This document shows, in pieces, positions 13,081 through 25,100 of a DNA stretch of 64,000 nucleotides. The stretch lies in assembly GCF_036321535.1 (NCBI RefSeq), contig NC_087436.1:82462001-82526000 (forward strand), given 5' to 3'. The DNA comes from Camelus dromedarius. Taxonomy: Eukaryota. Below the pieces are notes generated by a model, which saw only the letters and a program-made list of their open reading frames with translations, was not told the DNA's origin and searched no databases. The translations under genes were made by a program, and so were the position numbers. Position 1 is the first letter of the stretch; every line of letters starts with the position of its first letter.

Positions 13081-14979
13081 AAAGACAATTTATAATTGCT
13101 TACTTCTTAGTTTTCATTAGAAGTTGAGATTTTTAAGAGTTGAGGATTCTATTTTAAAATTTTAATTAAAGCTACTAGGAAAAATAAGGGAAATATTTCA
13201 GTATACAGTAGGAAAGTAGGATATGTGATTCAGCATAGAAGGTATGAGGAATGGAATTGCATTTTGTTAAGGGAAAATGAAAGCAGGTTTATCCTATAGC
13301 TGGTTGTTTCTGGGTGGAAAAAATATATAAGGGGCAAACTAATATAGATACAGAAAGTAATGAAAGGTTTGTGGGAAACAGAACCCTAAGAAAAAAGCTT
13401 TGTGCATGATCAGGATTGGTTAAATTTGGATTTAATTTAAATAAGTAAATGGATTTGGTTGTTAAAAGTAAGCTGATGCAAAGCTTAAATTTAGTTCTTT
13501 CCTTTGATAAGAGAGAAAATATTTTCTTAAAATGTTGATCTGTTTTTGATAACAGAGCATAAAGTTTCTTTTACATTTAACCATAAATCTGTTATAACTT
13601 TCCATATTTGCCTTTGAAATGTTTTATTATCACTTTGGCTAAGGGAATAAGTATTGTTTCACAGTGACCTATTATCCTATCTGACCAACTGTTTTAAAAC
13701 GTTTTTGGTATTTTTTTGACAAACTTTCCAAATTAAATTTTGATGAAGTTTCTTTGACTTCTGGATAACTTTGGGATGCTTCTAAGGGACCCTGAAACAT
13801 CCCAAAAAGAGAGATTAAACTAGTTAGGCTCATTTGGTATGCTAAATTGCATGGGAAGTATTGTCAAATAAGTAATCTTCTTAAGTTATATTAGGAAAAT
13901 CATTATTAATACAGATATTCTGGAAATTAAGTGGATTTTTAAAAAAAAATTGGCATATCCTAGTAAAACGCTATGAATCATGATTCTAGCTATTATCCTA
14001 AAATGTTGTATGTCACAGCAGTACCTAAGTTTTTTGTTGGCTGCATATAATAAGGTTTCAAAACTGTACCTTATGTTTTTTACTTTTCTATAGATATGGT
14101 TTACTCTGATGCCTTTGAAAAATGCTTTCTCTTCAAGAAGGTTTATAGAAAAGACTCCTTTGATAAATACAGGTTTCTGATAACTTTCAGACCATAATGT
14201 TGAACTGGCTAAGAAATTAAAGAATTCTAATGGGAAACCTGATGGTTTCATAAAACTGTTAACAAAAATGATTAGTTACATAGGGCTGATTGAACCAGTG
14301 AATATTAGTTATAATTTTTATGGTTCCTGTCAGAAATATTACTGGCGTTTAATCTGTTTTCCAGATATAAAGAAACCCTTCTGCTTAAGCTAATTATGAC
14401 TCAGCAATTTGGTAAGTTATACCTATGTAAGCAGACTTTTCTATCTGATCCCTCCACAGACTGGAAACTCAGGTTCCCAGTGGCCTTACCAGGTAAATTA
14501 GGAAGACCACCTCCTAACAGGTATAGGAATCTCAAGGTATTTCAGGGACCTCAAAAAGAAAAGAATTCACCTAACTCTGTAAGGCAAAATCTGTGTCAAG
14601 CCCTTGACCTGGCTTTCCTGGCCTTAGGAGAAATCTTAAAATTTTGGCCTGAGACTCCTTATGAAAAGTTTGGCACAGTCAATTAAAAAGAGCCTATATG
14701 ATCAAATAATCAGACTTAATTTGTGGACAGATTAATCTTGAATTGGCTATATTTGATAAAAATGAGGGTAACTTTAAAGAGAAAAAGATTGTTTCAGTGA
14801 ATATTAAATTCTAGTTTTGTTAATGGAAGTTTGTATTTATAGCCTAAGAATCACTTCCCATATAGTTCCTTGTTATTTTATTATATTATTGTAAATTCAA
14901 TTGAATTATTAAAAGGATACTCTAAGTTTGTTTCTGTAGCTTATCTCAGAAATCTGTCTTTGAATGAAGAGCCAATGCC

Positions 14980-15150
14980 CCATGACCTGCAACAAGGAGA
15001 TTATGCATACTGGAAAAAACACAATTTATGGACTATCTCCAACCTAGACGGAAGGACCTTTGTCAGGTATTCTTAACTAGCTCGTGCACAACAGCCTGAA
15101 GGAAATTGACTCTTGGATTAACATTCCCACTTACAAAGGGCTTCTGCACT
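14980..15150 (+). pseudogene. ERV integrase C-terminal (GPY/F module) remnant
   Basis: HDLQQGDYAYWKKH, then frameshifted DYLQPRRKDLCQVFLT and LKEIDSWINIPHLQ, resembling LQPGDxVxW...PRWKGPYQVLLT...SWIHxSHLK. Confidence 0.75.
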
Positions 15151-15349
15151 GGACTGGCCTATAGAGAGGACTGCTGACCTTAAAAATCACCTTAAAACAA
15201 TGCTCAAACAAAGGAGAAGCTACCAGACCAGGATGAGAAGAAGATGACATCTGACCCAAGACACCAGACCAGGCCTGTATACCAGTATACCTGTATCCTT
15301 TGATAATTGCTCACACCTTCGCTTATGAACTAAGTGTATTTCACAATCT

Positions 15350-16015
15350 TATGCAGAGTTGAAGTTAATCAAATTGTTAGATTTATGGTCAATTACTTAT
15401 ATCCAGTACTTCTGGGTTACCTTAGTGGGTTTCTCCACTCCAAGGCTCTAACAGGATAGCTCTTAGAAAATTTATTCTAGAAGAAAGAAATTATAGTTCT
15501 GTTTAGGCTGCTAGTGATATTATTAGGTAGGATCCCCTCACCTGGCCAAGTAATAATATCTGCTCTGAGCCTGGTCATAAATACAAATTTTCTTATAAGA
15601 TCATGCAAGCTCATTCAAGGCAACAAGCAAAATTTCAGCCAAAAAGTATAACCTCCCTCAATTATGGGAAGGACTTGTATGGTAAATACCAGACTATGCT
15701 CATTTAAGTTTAAATTTAAGTTTCTGTTGGGAAAAATTAAACTCTACTAAGGATAACCAACCTAATAACAGTAGGAAATTTGGCTGGGTGTCTTATGAAC
15801 AACGTCTGTATAACATCTTCCTTAAATATAAGGATTGGAACAGAACAGACTAAGTCAGATAATCTGGGGATACACTGAGCTGCATCTAATGGAAGTTCTT
15901 GGCTTAAATTCTTACTTATGACCTTGCTAATCCTCCTAACTATATTATTTATACTTTGCCTGTTTTATACAATTGTTTCTTGCATTACCAAATGTGTGAC
16001 TGAGTCTCTGATAAA
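15350..16015 (+). pseudogene. Internally deleted ERV env remnant
   Basis: SU-like SNC*IYGQLLISSTSGLP*WVSPLQGS (~15369-15450) and TM anchor SWLKFLLMTLLILLTILFILCLFYTIVSCITKCVTES (~15897-16010). Confidence 0.7.
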
Positions 16016-16328
16016 ATAATGAATAGGCAACTTGAAACAGTAGACCAAATACATACTTCTGTACAAACCTAATGATTGTTATAGTGCAACTTTAGATATG
16101 GGAAGAAGCAACAAGAGGGAATATTTTCCTGGACCATAACAGATTAGTAAGACAGGTGGTCCAGAGACTTTGTCACTGTTAATAAGGCCTAGTCCCATAA
16201 TAGCACTTAAGTGGCCTGTCAATGAGATCCTCGCCTGCTGTAGGAATAAGAATTCCTAGCACCATGGGACAAAATGGTAATGAAATGCCTCCCAAACTAT
16301 GGTTGAATTTATGACCATGAGGGAGCCC

Positions 16329-16830
16329 TGCTAACTCAAAGTTGGCACTTGCCATCTGCCTCTACAAGGACTGGATCACATTGGCTCTTGCCATCTAACT
16401 CTGCTTAGATTAAATCATGAGCTGCTGCAGCCACTGACCTCCAACACACCGTGAAAGGAGTTCACGATGGAGGTCAGGAATGAGACACTCTGTGCTTTGG
16501 GAAAACTGGCTGAACATGCTTTCAGACAGTTAGATCTTTTTAGAAGATTTTATGACCCCAATTCTTGCATCTCCTCATATCTAGAAAAGCACTAAAATCA
16601 TTAACGGTGACATCTGCTCCTCATAACTAGCAGCAAGCCTCTGCCTATGTGCTTGATTGCATGTACCCCCTTCACTGAAATCATATATAATACTGAGTTT
16701 TCCCCCTGCCTCTTTGGAACAGCTTCTCAGAACTTTCTGGAACACTGTCTCCCAGGCTATAGTCCTCATTTTGCCCCAAATAAAACTTAGTCCACAACTC
16801 TCACATTGTGTAATTTTACTTCAGTTGACA
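16329..16830 (+). mobile_element. 3' LTR of the provirus
   Basis: TG...CA termini; intact TATATAA (~16684) and AATAAA (~16779); matches the 5' LTR. Confidence 0.9.
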
Positions 16831-17828
16831 TGGGTCACTAATGTTCACCTTTTACATTTAAGAGGCAGGAAGATGACAAAAAAATTGAAGTTCACAAATA
16901 ATTCATGCTCACTTTTCCCTCTTACTTAAACAGCCCTACACTGTTATAGGGGATGAAGTGACAGTGATAGTTCTGCAATGTAGAACTCCACCATGGAGTT
17001 CCTGAAAATTCTGAACATCATCTGCAATTTTTTTCTTATAGCTCCCAAACCCAAGTTTATAACAGTCCAAACATCTGTATAGAAAGTTTACAGTTTCCAG
17101 AGTTTTTTCCACATACATAATCTCATTTGATTTTCAAAAAGCTTGCTAGGAAGTAGGGAAAAAAACCCTATTTGTCTTCCTATTTTATTAACAAATAAAA
17201 CAGATTGACTTTTTAAAGTTGACACAGCAAGTAAAAGCATAGGTGGAGCTAGACACAGGGTCAGTGTTGCCAAACATTTTGCCCAATATCTACTGGAAGA
17301 AATCACATTTTACATGGTGACATAGTGTATGTGTGTATGTTTGCTTTCATCTATGTTGACCTTCACATATATTGAGGTTTTGACTCTGCTGTTTTTTATT
17401 TTAAAAATTCTACTAAAAAAACTGAATAGTTTTGACTCACTATGTTGACCAAGGTTCCATTGGTATAGGGAAAGAATCCAGTGTTTGAAAGCATTTACAC
17501 CTGAATCTCGTAGTGTCCATAGCTTCACCTTCCTGAGTATGTTTCCCAATTTGAATTGGCATGTTACTAATACTATCCTACAGGATTCTTGTGACATTCA
17601 AACAAATCAACATAAAAAACATTAGTTTATCAATTATTCAATTCTATGTAAGTTATAATTAGCACTAATATAATTATAACTTGAATGGTTTATGAGTGAT
17701 GATTAGCTACTTACCTGATACAGTGGTAAAGTATGTGATTTTATATATTTGTGGTTTTTAAAAACACCTTTCAGTGGGAGAGTTTAAAATGTTTTATATA
17801 TAGGGCATCTTAATTTCATGCTGCCCTC

Positions 17829-18193
17829 TGTTAAAAATGAGACAACAGGCCCAAAATGGAGTCACTTATGCTAAACCTCAGGTCATGAGACCAAGACTTC
17901 CGGCTCTCCCAGAAATGGAATCTTAAATCAGTCAATCAGGAATCATCTGAGCAGCACTAGTTAGGTAACCTGCCTGCCACCCCTAAAGGAAAATAACTTT
18001 GCAATAATCAACCCCTCCTTTTTTTTTTTTTTTGTCTTGTTCCACTCCTTTCTGCCTAGAAAAGTCTCTCATTTTGTGTAGCTACTCAGAGCTCCTTTCT
18101 ATCTGCTAGATTGGATGCTGCTACATTCAGATCAATTTTTGCTAAAAAAAAAAATCTTAAAATTTTTAATCTATCTCAATTTACCTTTTAACA
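17829..18193 (+). mobile_element. ERV1 solo LTR
   Basis: TGTTAAAAA...TTTTAACA termini; flanks cctc/cttc; related to 41238-41625. Confidence 0.75.
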
Positions 18194-18617
18194 CTTCCCA
18201 GCTGTTGAAATGGCATAAAAAAGATAAGGATAAGGGGTTCTTTTCAATGGTGTTTTGAGTACTTATATGGCCAGATGTTACACTAAGTCCTCTCAATAAC
18301 CTTAAGCGGTAGGTTCATTGGAGTGTCTATCACATGAATGAGGAAATAAAGGATTAAGAGAAATAAGCAAATCACCTGAGATCATAGGATTAGTAGTAGA
18401 GTTGAACTTAAACCTAGGCCATTATCACAATGCTAGATTGCCTTCTTTCTTAGGGCAAAGAAGAAAGGATAAACCACTTATAAGTCTCTTTGAAAATTCA
18501 AAAGGATCAAAACTTTTACTATTCATAACACTTCCTACCGCTCAACACTCAACTCCAAAGGCATTCAAAACAGCTCCCTCTCATACCGTTAGGTAACTTA
18601 AATGCCTAGTTGGTAAG

Positions 18618-19139
18618 TATCTGGGAAGAGGACGCCCCCCCCCCCATACTTCTTGAGTTCTTTTGATTTGTCTAGTAATTAAATTGACACAAGATGGATT
18701 AACAGGAGGAAAAAAACCCTAAATTTAATTCGTGCACACAGAGGTCTCATAAAAATAGAATCCAAGAAGTGACCAAATAGGCATCGTTTATACTTTTTAG
18801 ACAAAGAAATAAATTTATGAGGAATTATGACAAGGAAACAGGTTTGGGAGTTTACTTAGTGGAGAATCTAAACAGAGTTTGGGCTTGGGGTAATGAAGAA
18901 GGAACAAGGTTTGCTTATATGGCTTTCTCAGCCCTAAGTTCTCTCACTTTGGTGATGATGCTGTCTCCTATTCTCCTGATGCAGGGAGGGTAACTTTCAT
19001 ATGGAAGATTTATTTCCTGCTTTCAAGGGGACAGAGAGGAGCATCTTCTTACACCAGCTGTTTCTCAAGTAACTTTAATTCAAAATGATCAATATGCCTT
19101 TGTGGCATATTTTGGAATAGTCTGCCCTTAGCCCCAACA
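18618..19139 (-). mobile_element. ERV1 solo LTR (MER34/MER39-like)
   Basis: Minus strand starts TGTTGGGGCT...CCAAAATATGCCAC, the typical MER34/39 start; flanks taag/tagg. Confidence 0.7.
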
Positions 19140-19174
19140 TAGGCAATAGAGTGCAGCTATTAAACCAGTGAGTT

Positions 19175-19320
19175 TGGTGGGGAGGGAGGATGTAGCTCAG
19201 CAGTAGAGTGTGTGTCTAGCATGCATAAGGTCCTGAGTTCAATCCCCAGTACCTCCATCAAAAATAAATACCTAATTACCTCACCTCCAAAAGAAAAATT
19301 TTTTTTATTTTAAAAAAACC
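19175..19320 (+). mobile_element. tRNA-Ala-derived SINE (Vic-1-like, camelid)
   Basis: A/B boxes (tagctcagcagtag, gagttcaatccc), AT-rich tail, TSD ccagtgagtt at 19165 and 19321. Confidence 0.88.
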
Positions 19321-21125
19321 CCAGTGAGTTCAAATTCCAAGTTTTTTTATTAGCTATGATACCTGGTTAATTACTTACCCTTTCCTGAGATCTTAATTAC
19401 CTCATTTATAAAATGGATATAATTGTAACTTGGTTGAGTGAATGAAATATTTAAAAAGCACAGAGCATGACATCTTACATACAAATATACACAATGAATG
19501 GTAGCTGTTATAAATTATATCTTAACCAGTCATGAGTGAGAGGTCTATGTTTGCAAGGCTGGCTCTGTAGAATCCTAGTGGATTCAGAACAAAAGGCTAT
19601 CAATCTTAGTAATTACACAGGTCAGTGAAGAAAATTTCCTGTTATTCGGAGGAATACTGAGGCAGCATATCCAGAAATGATGGCCAGACTGTGCTAAAGA
19701 GATACTTCCAATAGTTTTCGTATCATTCTGGGATAGAAGCCTTCACACTTGACTCTGAATTCTGAGTTTTAGAGCTGGAGAAAGTTAGATATTAGTTTAT
19801 CCAACTACAAATTTTTTTTCTCTTCAGAATACTGAATCTATGAACTCAAAGTAATGACTACATCTGGATTAAAATGGCTCAACAGGGCAGATAACAAAAA
19901 GGCACAGTTCTTAGTCCTACCCTGTTTAACTCCTCAGATCAACTACTGTTAATCCATTTAGCTGTCTCTTGCAAAGCTGACTTCCATGCCTCTAATAAAG
20001 GCTCATACTACCATTTCTTGATTTTTATCAATAGTAGACATTATTAATCGATTTCTCCTATAACAGCTGAGGATGCAGCTCTCTTATTCCTTGCCTAACT
20101 CCCTTCTTCCCACATATATTCCCAATATAAATATGTCATTAGCTTTACTATTTTTATTTGGTTATATTTAAAACTTACACTTTTTTTTAATGTCTTATTC
20201 CAGCAATTGGAATGCCAAAATATGCTGAAACTTTTGGCTTCCCATTTTGTAAGACAAAGTTATGCCCTGTTCTTTTTCTCAGCTGTCCATTTCTACTTCT
20301 CAGCTTCTATTATCTGTACAGTTACTTTCACATTGTCAGGATTGATAACATTTATTTTCCGTTTTGTAACTGTAACATTTTCTGTGCTTGGTCTATTGGT
20401 TGATTCTGAAAGCTGAAACTCAATAAATAGCATTTACATTCTTGTGACTATTAGCCTTCCTCAGCATCATGCTGCTTACTTGACTGATGGGGACAGACTG
20501 GACCAGAAGAATTGCTGTCATCTCAAATCTACTTATCATTGGCCTTTATGAAGTCTGAGGCAGCATAGTGTTAGAGCAAAAACTCTGAAGTTAGGTTGGA
20601 ATTCCAGCTCTGTCACTCTCTAGTTGTATGAATTTGGACAAGTCTTTTAATCTGCCTCAGTTTTTTTTAATCTATAAAGTATTAGAAGCTATGTTATAGG
20701 ATTGTCAAGTGGATAAAAGAGTTAGCATTTATAAAGTGTTTAGAACAATGGTGCATTGTAAATGCTATGTAAACTCTGGGAAAAAATAATTGAATGGCTT
20801 TAGGCACTCACCTACAAGGAAAATCTGAAGGTGGCAAACACTGCATAAAGTTGTGCTGAGAAAGTTATTCTGTGCTAATATCCCTAGTTTTTCTTGGAAC
20901 ATTTTTTAATTATTTAAGGAAACTGAATTCAAATGTCCTCATTTTTTCTATTTAGAATTGAACAAAGACTCAATTAATCTTTCCATAGTTAATTTTCTCT
21001 AATAATATACTTTATACCACATTTCCTTATTTTGCAAGCTATGGTAAATAAAGCAAAGTTCCTTATTACAAACTGTACTGCAACATCAAAATGTACAAAC
21101 TACCCTACTTGAAAGTGGGTGAAGG

Positions 21126-21204
21126 TTCATTTAGAAATCTTAGGTAATTAAATTGGTTTATTTATTAAATTATTCATTTAGAAATCTTAGGTAATTAAAT
21201 TGGT
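21126..21204. repeat. Perfect 32-bp direct repeat with a 15-bp spacer
   Basis: ttcatttagaaatcttaggtaattaaattggt at 21126-21157 and 21173-21204. Confidence 0.92.
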
Positions 21205-22161
21205 AATTCTTTTATTGAAAAACAAAGAATTTTATTTAGTTTTTAAACTTTAACTTAATTTTCACATTACTTTCTAATTTAAACATAAAAATTAAAACTT
21301 AGCTATAAAAGAGGAAATGGGCTATCCCCCAAAGGAATCAAAGAAATTGTTTTATTTTACTGTGGAAAGCTTGAAAGGAATCCTTCCTTCTTTTTATTCC
21401 CTCAAGATACTCTTTTAGTGTCTTTATTTTTCCTAATATAATGCTATTAAGGGATTACTATCAATTTTATTTAATTCAGTTCAAAAAATGTTACTACGCA
21501 TTCTATGTGCAAGGCCCGATGAGGGATATGAAGTAGAGGAAAAGACATCTCTTAGGAACCTGCAATCTAAGAGAGGGCAGACCAGTAAGTTACCCTCGGG
21601 AAAACAATAAAGCAAATATTTTAATAGAAACTGAAACAAAAACTTGCCGTGGGGGTATAGGGGAGAGAAAGATTGATTTCAGTGTTAGGCATGTCTTACT
21701 AGAAGGTTGGATTTGAGTTATGTCTAAGCAGCTACTGGGGCAGGGCATTTCAATCCTGCTCCGAAATCCAACTAGGAAAAGAAAGAATTGTTTGTCCACG
21801 TTAGAAGAATCTTCATTTTCAAATAGTGAGTTCTGTTTTGCTTAAGACTGCTAAACTCATTCAAAATATTATATAAAGAATATTTATAGAAAATACCACA
21901 GGGTATTCCTCTGGGTACGTATTCTGGTGAAACTTTTACTTCAGTTCTCTGTAGGTAGGTGGATGGGGTGGAGGGGTATGTATGTGTGTGTGTGTGGTGG
22001 GTGTACCTGTTCTGGATACTTGAGAGGCAACGGAGCAAAGTGTTAAGACACTAGACTCTGGAGCCAGATTGTCCGAAGTTGAATCCTGGCTCAACTACTT
22101 ACTTATTATCTATGACCTTGGGAACGTGATACAATTATTTGGTTTCAATGTTCTCATTTGT

Positions 22162-22200
22162 AAACAAACAAACAAACAAACAAACAAACAAAACAAAACA
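22162..22200. repeat. (AAAC)n microsatellite
   Basis: Direct reading; inside a MIR remnant. Confidence 0.9.
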
Positions 22201-22609
22201 GATAATAGCAGCTATCTTACTGTGATTATTGTGAAGATTAAATAATATTTATTAAATGCTCAGAATACGGCGTGGTACACGGTAAGCTGTGCAAATGTGA
22301 CCAAGAGTCTCAGGCAAAAAATTTTGAAAGCCACTGCTGTAGTCAAATTTGAATTAACTCAAATACTTCAGAATTTGACAGGAACCACATGATCATTTAC
22401 CAATAAGAGTTTTAGGTTGAAGGTGTAGCTTATCATATATCTTTGACTTTTTAGTTCTCTTTTGAGAGGGATCTTATGTATAAATATTGAATAAATGAGA
22501 AGGAAAATAAAACTTAACAATTTACAAAGGAAGACAGTTTCAGGGAGGTTAAACAACTTGCCAAGGTGATGCTGACAAGTTTTGGGGCTGGGATTAATAC
22601 CCATGACTT

Positions 22610-24858
22610 TTAAAAAATTAACAGCTTTATTGAGATATAATTCACATACCATAAATTTCACCCATGTAAAGTATACAACTCAATCATTTTTAGTACATTT
22701 TCAGAGTTGTACAGCCATGACTATCAATTTTAGAACATTTTCATCAACCCCCAAAGAAATCTTGCACCCCTTAGCAATCATTCCCCAACCCCTCCCACCC
22801 CTCTCCCCCAGCCTTAGACAACCATTCAACTACTTTTCTGTCTCTATAGGTTTACCTATTCTGCACATTTCATATGAGTGGAATTATACAATATATGGTC
22901 TTTTGTAACTGGCATCTTAGCATAATGTTTTCAAGTTTCATGCATGGTGGCATGTATCAATACCTCATTTCTTTTTATTACCAAATAATAGTTCATTGTA
23001 TGGATATGTCACATATGGTTTATCTAGTCATCAGTTAATAGAAATTTCGGTTGTTTCCACTTTTTGGCTATTATGAATAATGCTGTTATGAACATCTGTG
23101 TACAACTTTTTGTGCAAAGGTGTGTTTTGATTCACTTTAGTATATATCTAAGAGTGGAATTGTGGGTCATAAGATAACTCTATGTTTAACTTTTTGAGGA
23201 ACTTCCAAACTGTTTTCTGTAATGGCTGCTCTATTTCTACATCCCCAACAGCAACATATGGGGATTCTAATTTCTCCACATCCTCACCAATACTTATTTT
23301 CCATTAAAAAATTCATCCTAGTAGGTGTGATGTGGTAACTCATTGTGGTTTTGATTTGCATTTCCCTCATAACTAATGATGTTGAGCATATCTTCATGTG
23401 CTTGTTGGCTATTTGCATATTTTCTTTGAGAAATGTTGATTCAAGTCCGTTGTCCATTTTAAAACTGGGTTACTTGTCTTTTAGTTGTTGAGCTGTCAGG
23501 GTTTTTATATATTCTGAATATTAGACCTTTATCCAATATATGATTTGTAAATATTTTCTCCCAGTTGTCTTTTCATTTGCTTGATAGTGTCCTTTGATGA
23601 ATAAAAGTTTTTAATTTTGGTGAAGTATTTTTTTTTTATTTTGATGTTTCTGCTTTTTGTGTTAAATCTAAAAATAGTTGCCTATTCCAACACAGGCACA
23701 AAGATTTATGCTTGTGTTTTCTTCTAACAGTTATATGGTTATAGCTCTTACATTTATCTTGTTGATCCATTCTGAATTAATTTTTATGTGTTATGAGGTA
23801 GGGGTCCAAATTCATTCTTTTATATGTGGATATCCAGTTCCAGCATCATTTGTTGAAAAGACTATACTTTTGTCATTGAATTGTCATTATAACCTTGTCA
23901 AAACTTATTGACCATACATGTATAGGTTTATATTTGGACTCCCAATTCTATTCAACCGATCTATTCTATATATCTATTCTGATGTCAGTACCACACTGTA
24001 ATTATTACTGTAGGTTTATAGTTAGTCTTGAAATCAACAAGTGTGAGTGAGTCTTCTAACTTTGTTCTTTTTCAAAATTTTTTGGTTATTCTGGGTCACT
24101 TGCATTTCCATATGAATTTTTGCATTTACTTTTCTATTTCTAGAAAAAAGGCAACTGGAATTTAAAATAGGGATTGTGTTGAATCTGTAGATCAATTTGA
24201 GAGTATTGTCATCTTAATGATATTAAGTCTTCTGATGCATGAAATAGCTTTCCATTTATTTAGATCTTATCTAATTTTTTCAGCCATGTTTTAGTTTTCG
24301 GAGTATAAGTCTTGCACTTCTTTTATTAAATTTATTCCTGATTATTTTATTCTTTTTGATGATATCGCAAATGGAATTATTTTCTAAATTTTATTTTCAG
24401 ATCACTATTGATGGTGTATTGAAATAGAATTGATTTTTGTACATTGACCTCGTATCCTCCAACCTTGCTGAACTTGTTAACTCATTCTCACAGATGTTTA
24501 GTGGATTTATTAGGATTTTCTATATATAAGACCATGTCATTTGCAAGTAAAAATACTTATACTTCTTCCTTTCCCAACTGGTTGCCTTTTTTTTTTTTTT
24601 CTTTTTCTTGCTTAATTTCCCTGGAGAGAACCTGTCCAATACAATGTTGACTAGAGGTGACTAGAAGTGATGAGTGAAGAACAAGAACAGAGATGTCTTA
24701 TTTCTGATCTTAGGGGGGAAAATATTCAGTCTTTTATCAATAAGAATGATGTTAGCTGTGGGTTTTTCATAGATGCTCTTTATAAAGTTGAGGAACTTCC
24801 CTTCTATTCCTAGTTTGTTGGATTTTTTTTTGTAAAGAGGTGTTAGATTTTGTCAGAT
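22610..24858 (-). mobile_element. Old L1 (L1MB-like) 3' portion
   Basis: Antisense L1 3' UTR (ctttattgagatataattcacatacc...) running into decayed ORF2 sequence. Confidence 0.85.
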
Positions 24859-25100
24859 GTTGCCACTGGACCTTTTCATGAAGCTGAGCAAGAAGCCCTT
24901 CAATAAGGAAAATCTGGCTTCCAGTATCACGAGTAGCTTATATGGACTGATTCAAGACTAGCCAATCAGCCTCTGGGTTTGAAATTCCCCAACTCCTTAA
25001 ATTTTACCCCAACTCTGGATTGAGGAGACAGATTTGAGAGCTTTTCCTCCTGTCTCCTTGCTGGTCAACCTTGCAATAAAGTTCTTTATTTTCTCAAAAA
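24859..25100 (+). mobile_element. Partial LTR fragment
   Basis: ERV1-like R/U5 sequence (gaggagacagatttgag...cttgcaataaa) ending in an (AAAC)n run. Confidence 0.5.

Larger units (their letters stand above)
9116..16830 (+). mobile_element. Defective ERV1-class provirus with both LTRs
   Basis: Paired LTRs starting TGCTAACTCAAAG (9116 and 16329) and ending CA; flanks tgag/tggg (4-bp TSD, 1 mismatch); PBS after the 5' LTR; purine-rich stretch before the 3' LTR; gag, integrase-tail and env remnants inside. Confidence 0.9.

Noticed and set aside
15350..16015. Domesticated env (syncytin/HEMO-like) gene
   Set aside because: Multiple stops and a large internal deletion; no open frame.
19175..19260. 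Functional tRNA-Ala genes (here and at 38437, 45645, 46405, 49445)
   Set aside because: Stem mismatches in all copies, with SINE tails and TSDs in all but 38437, indicate retroposed copies.
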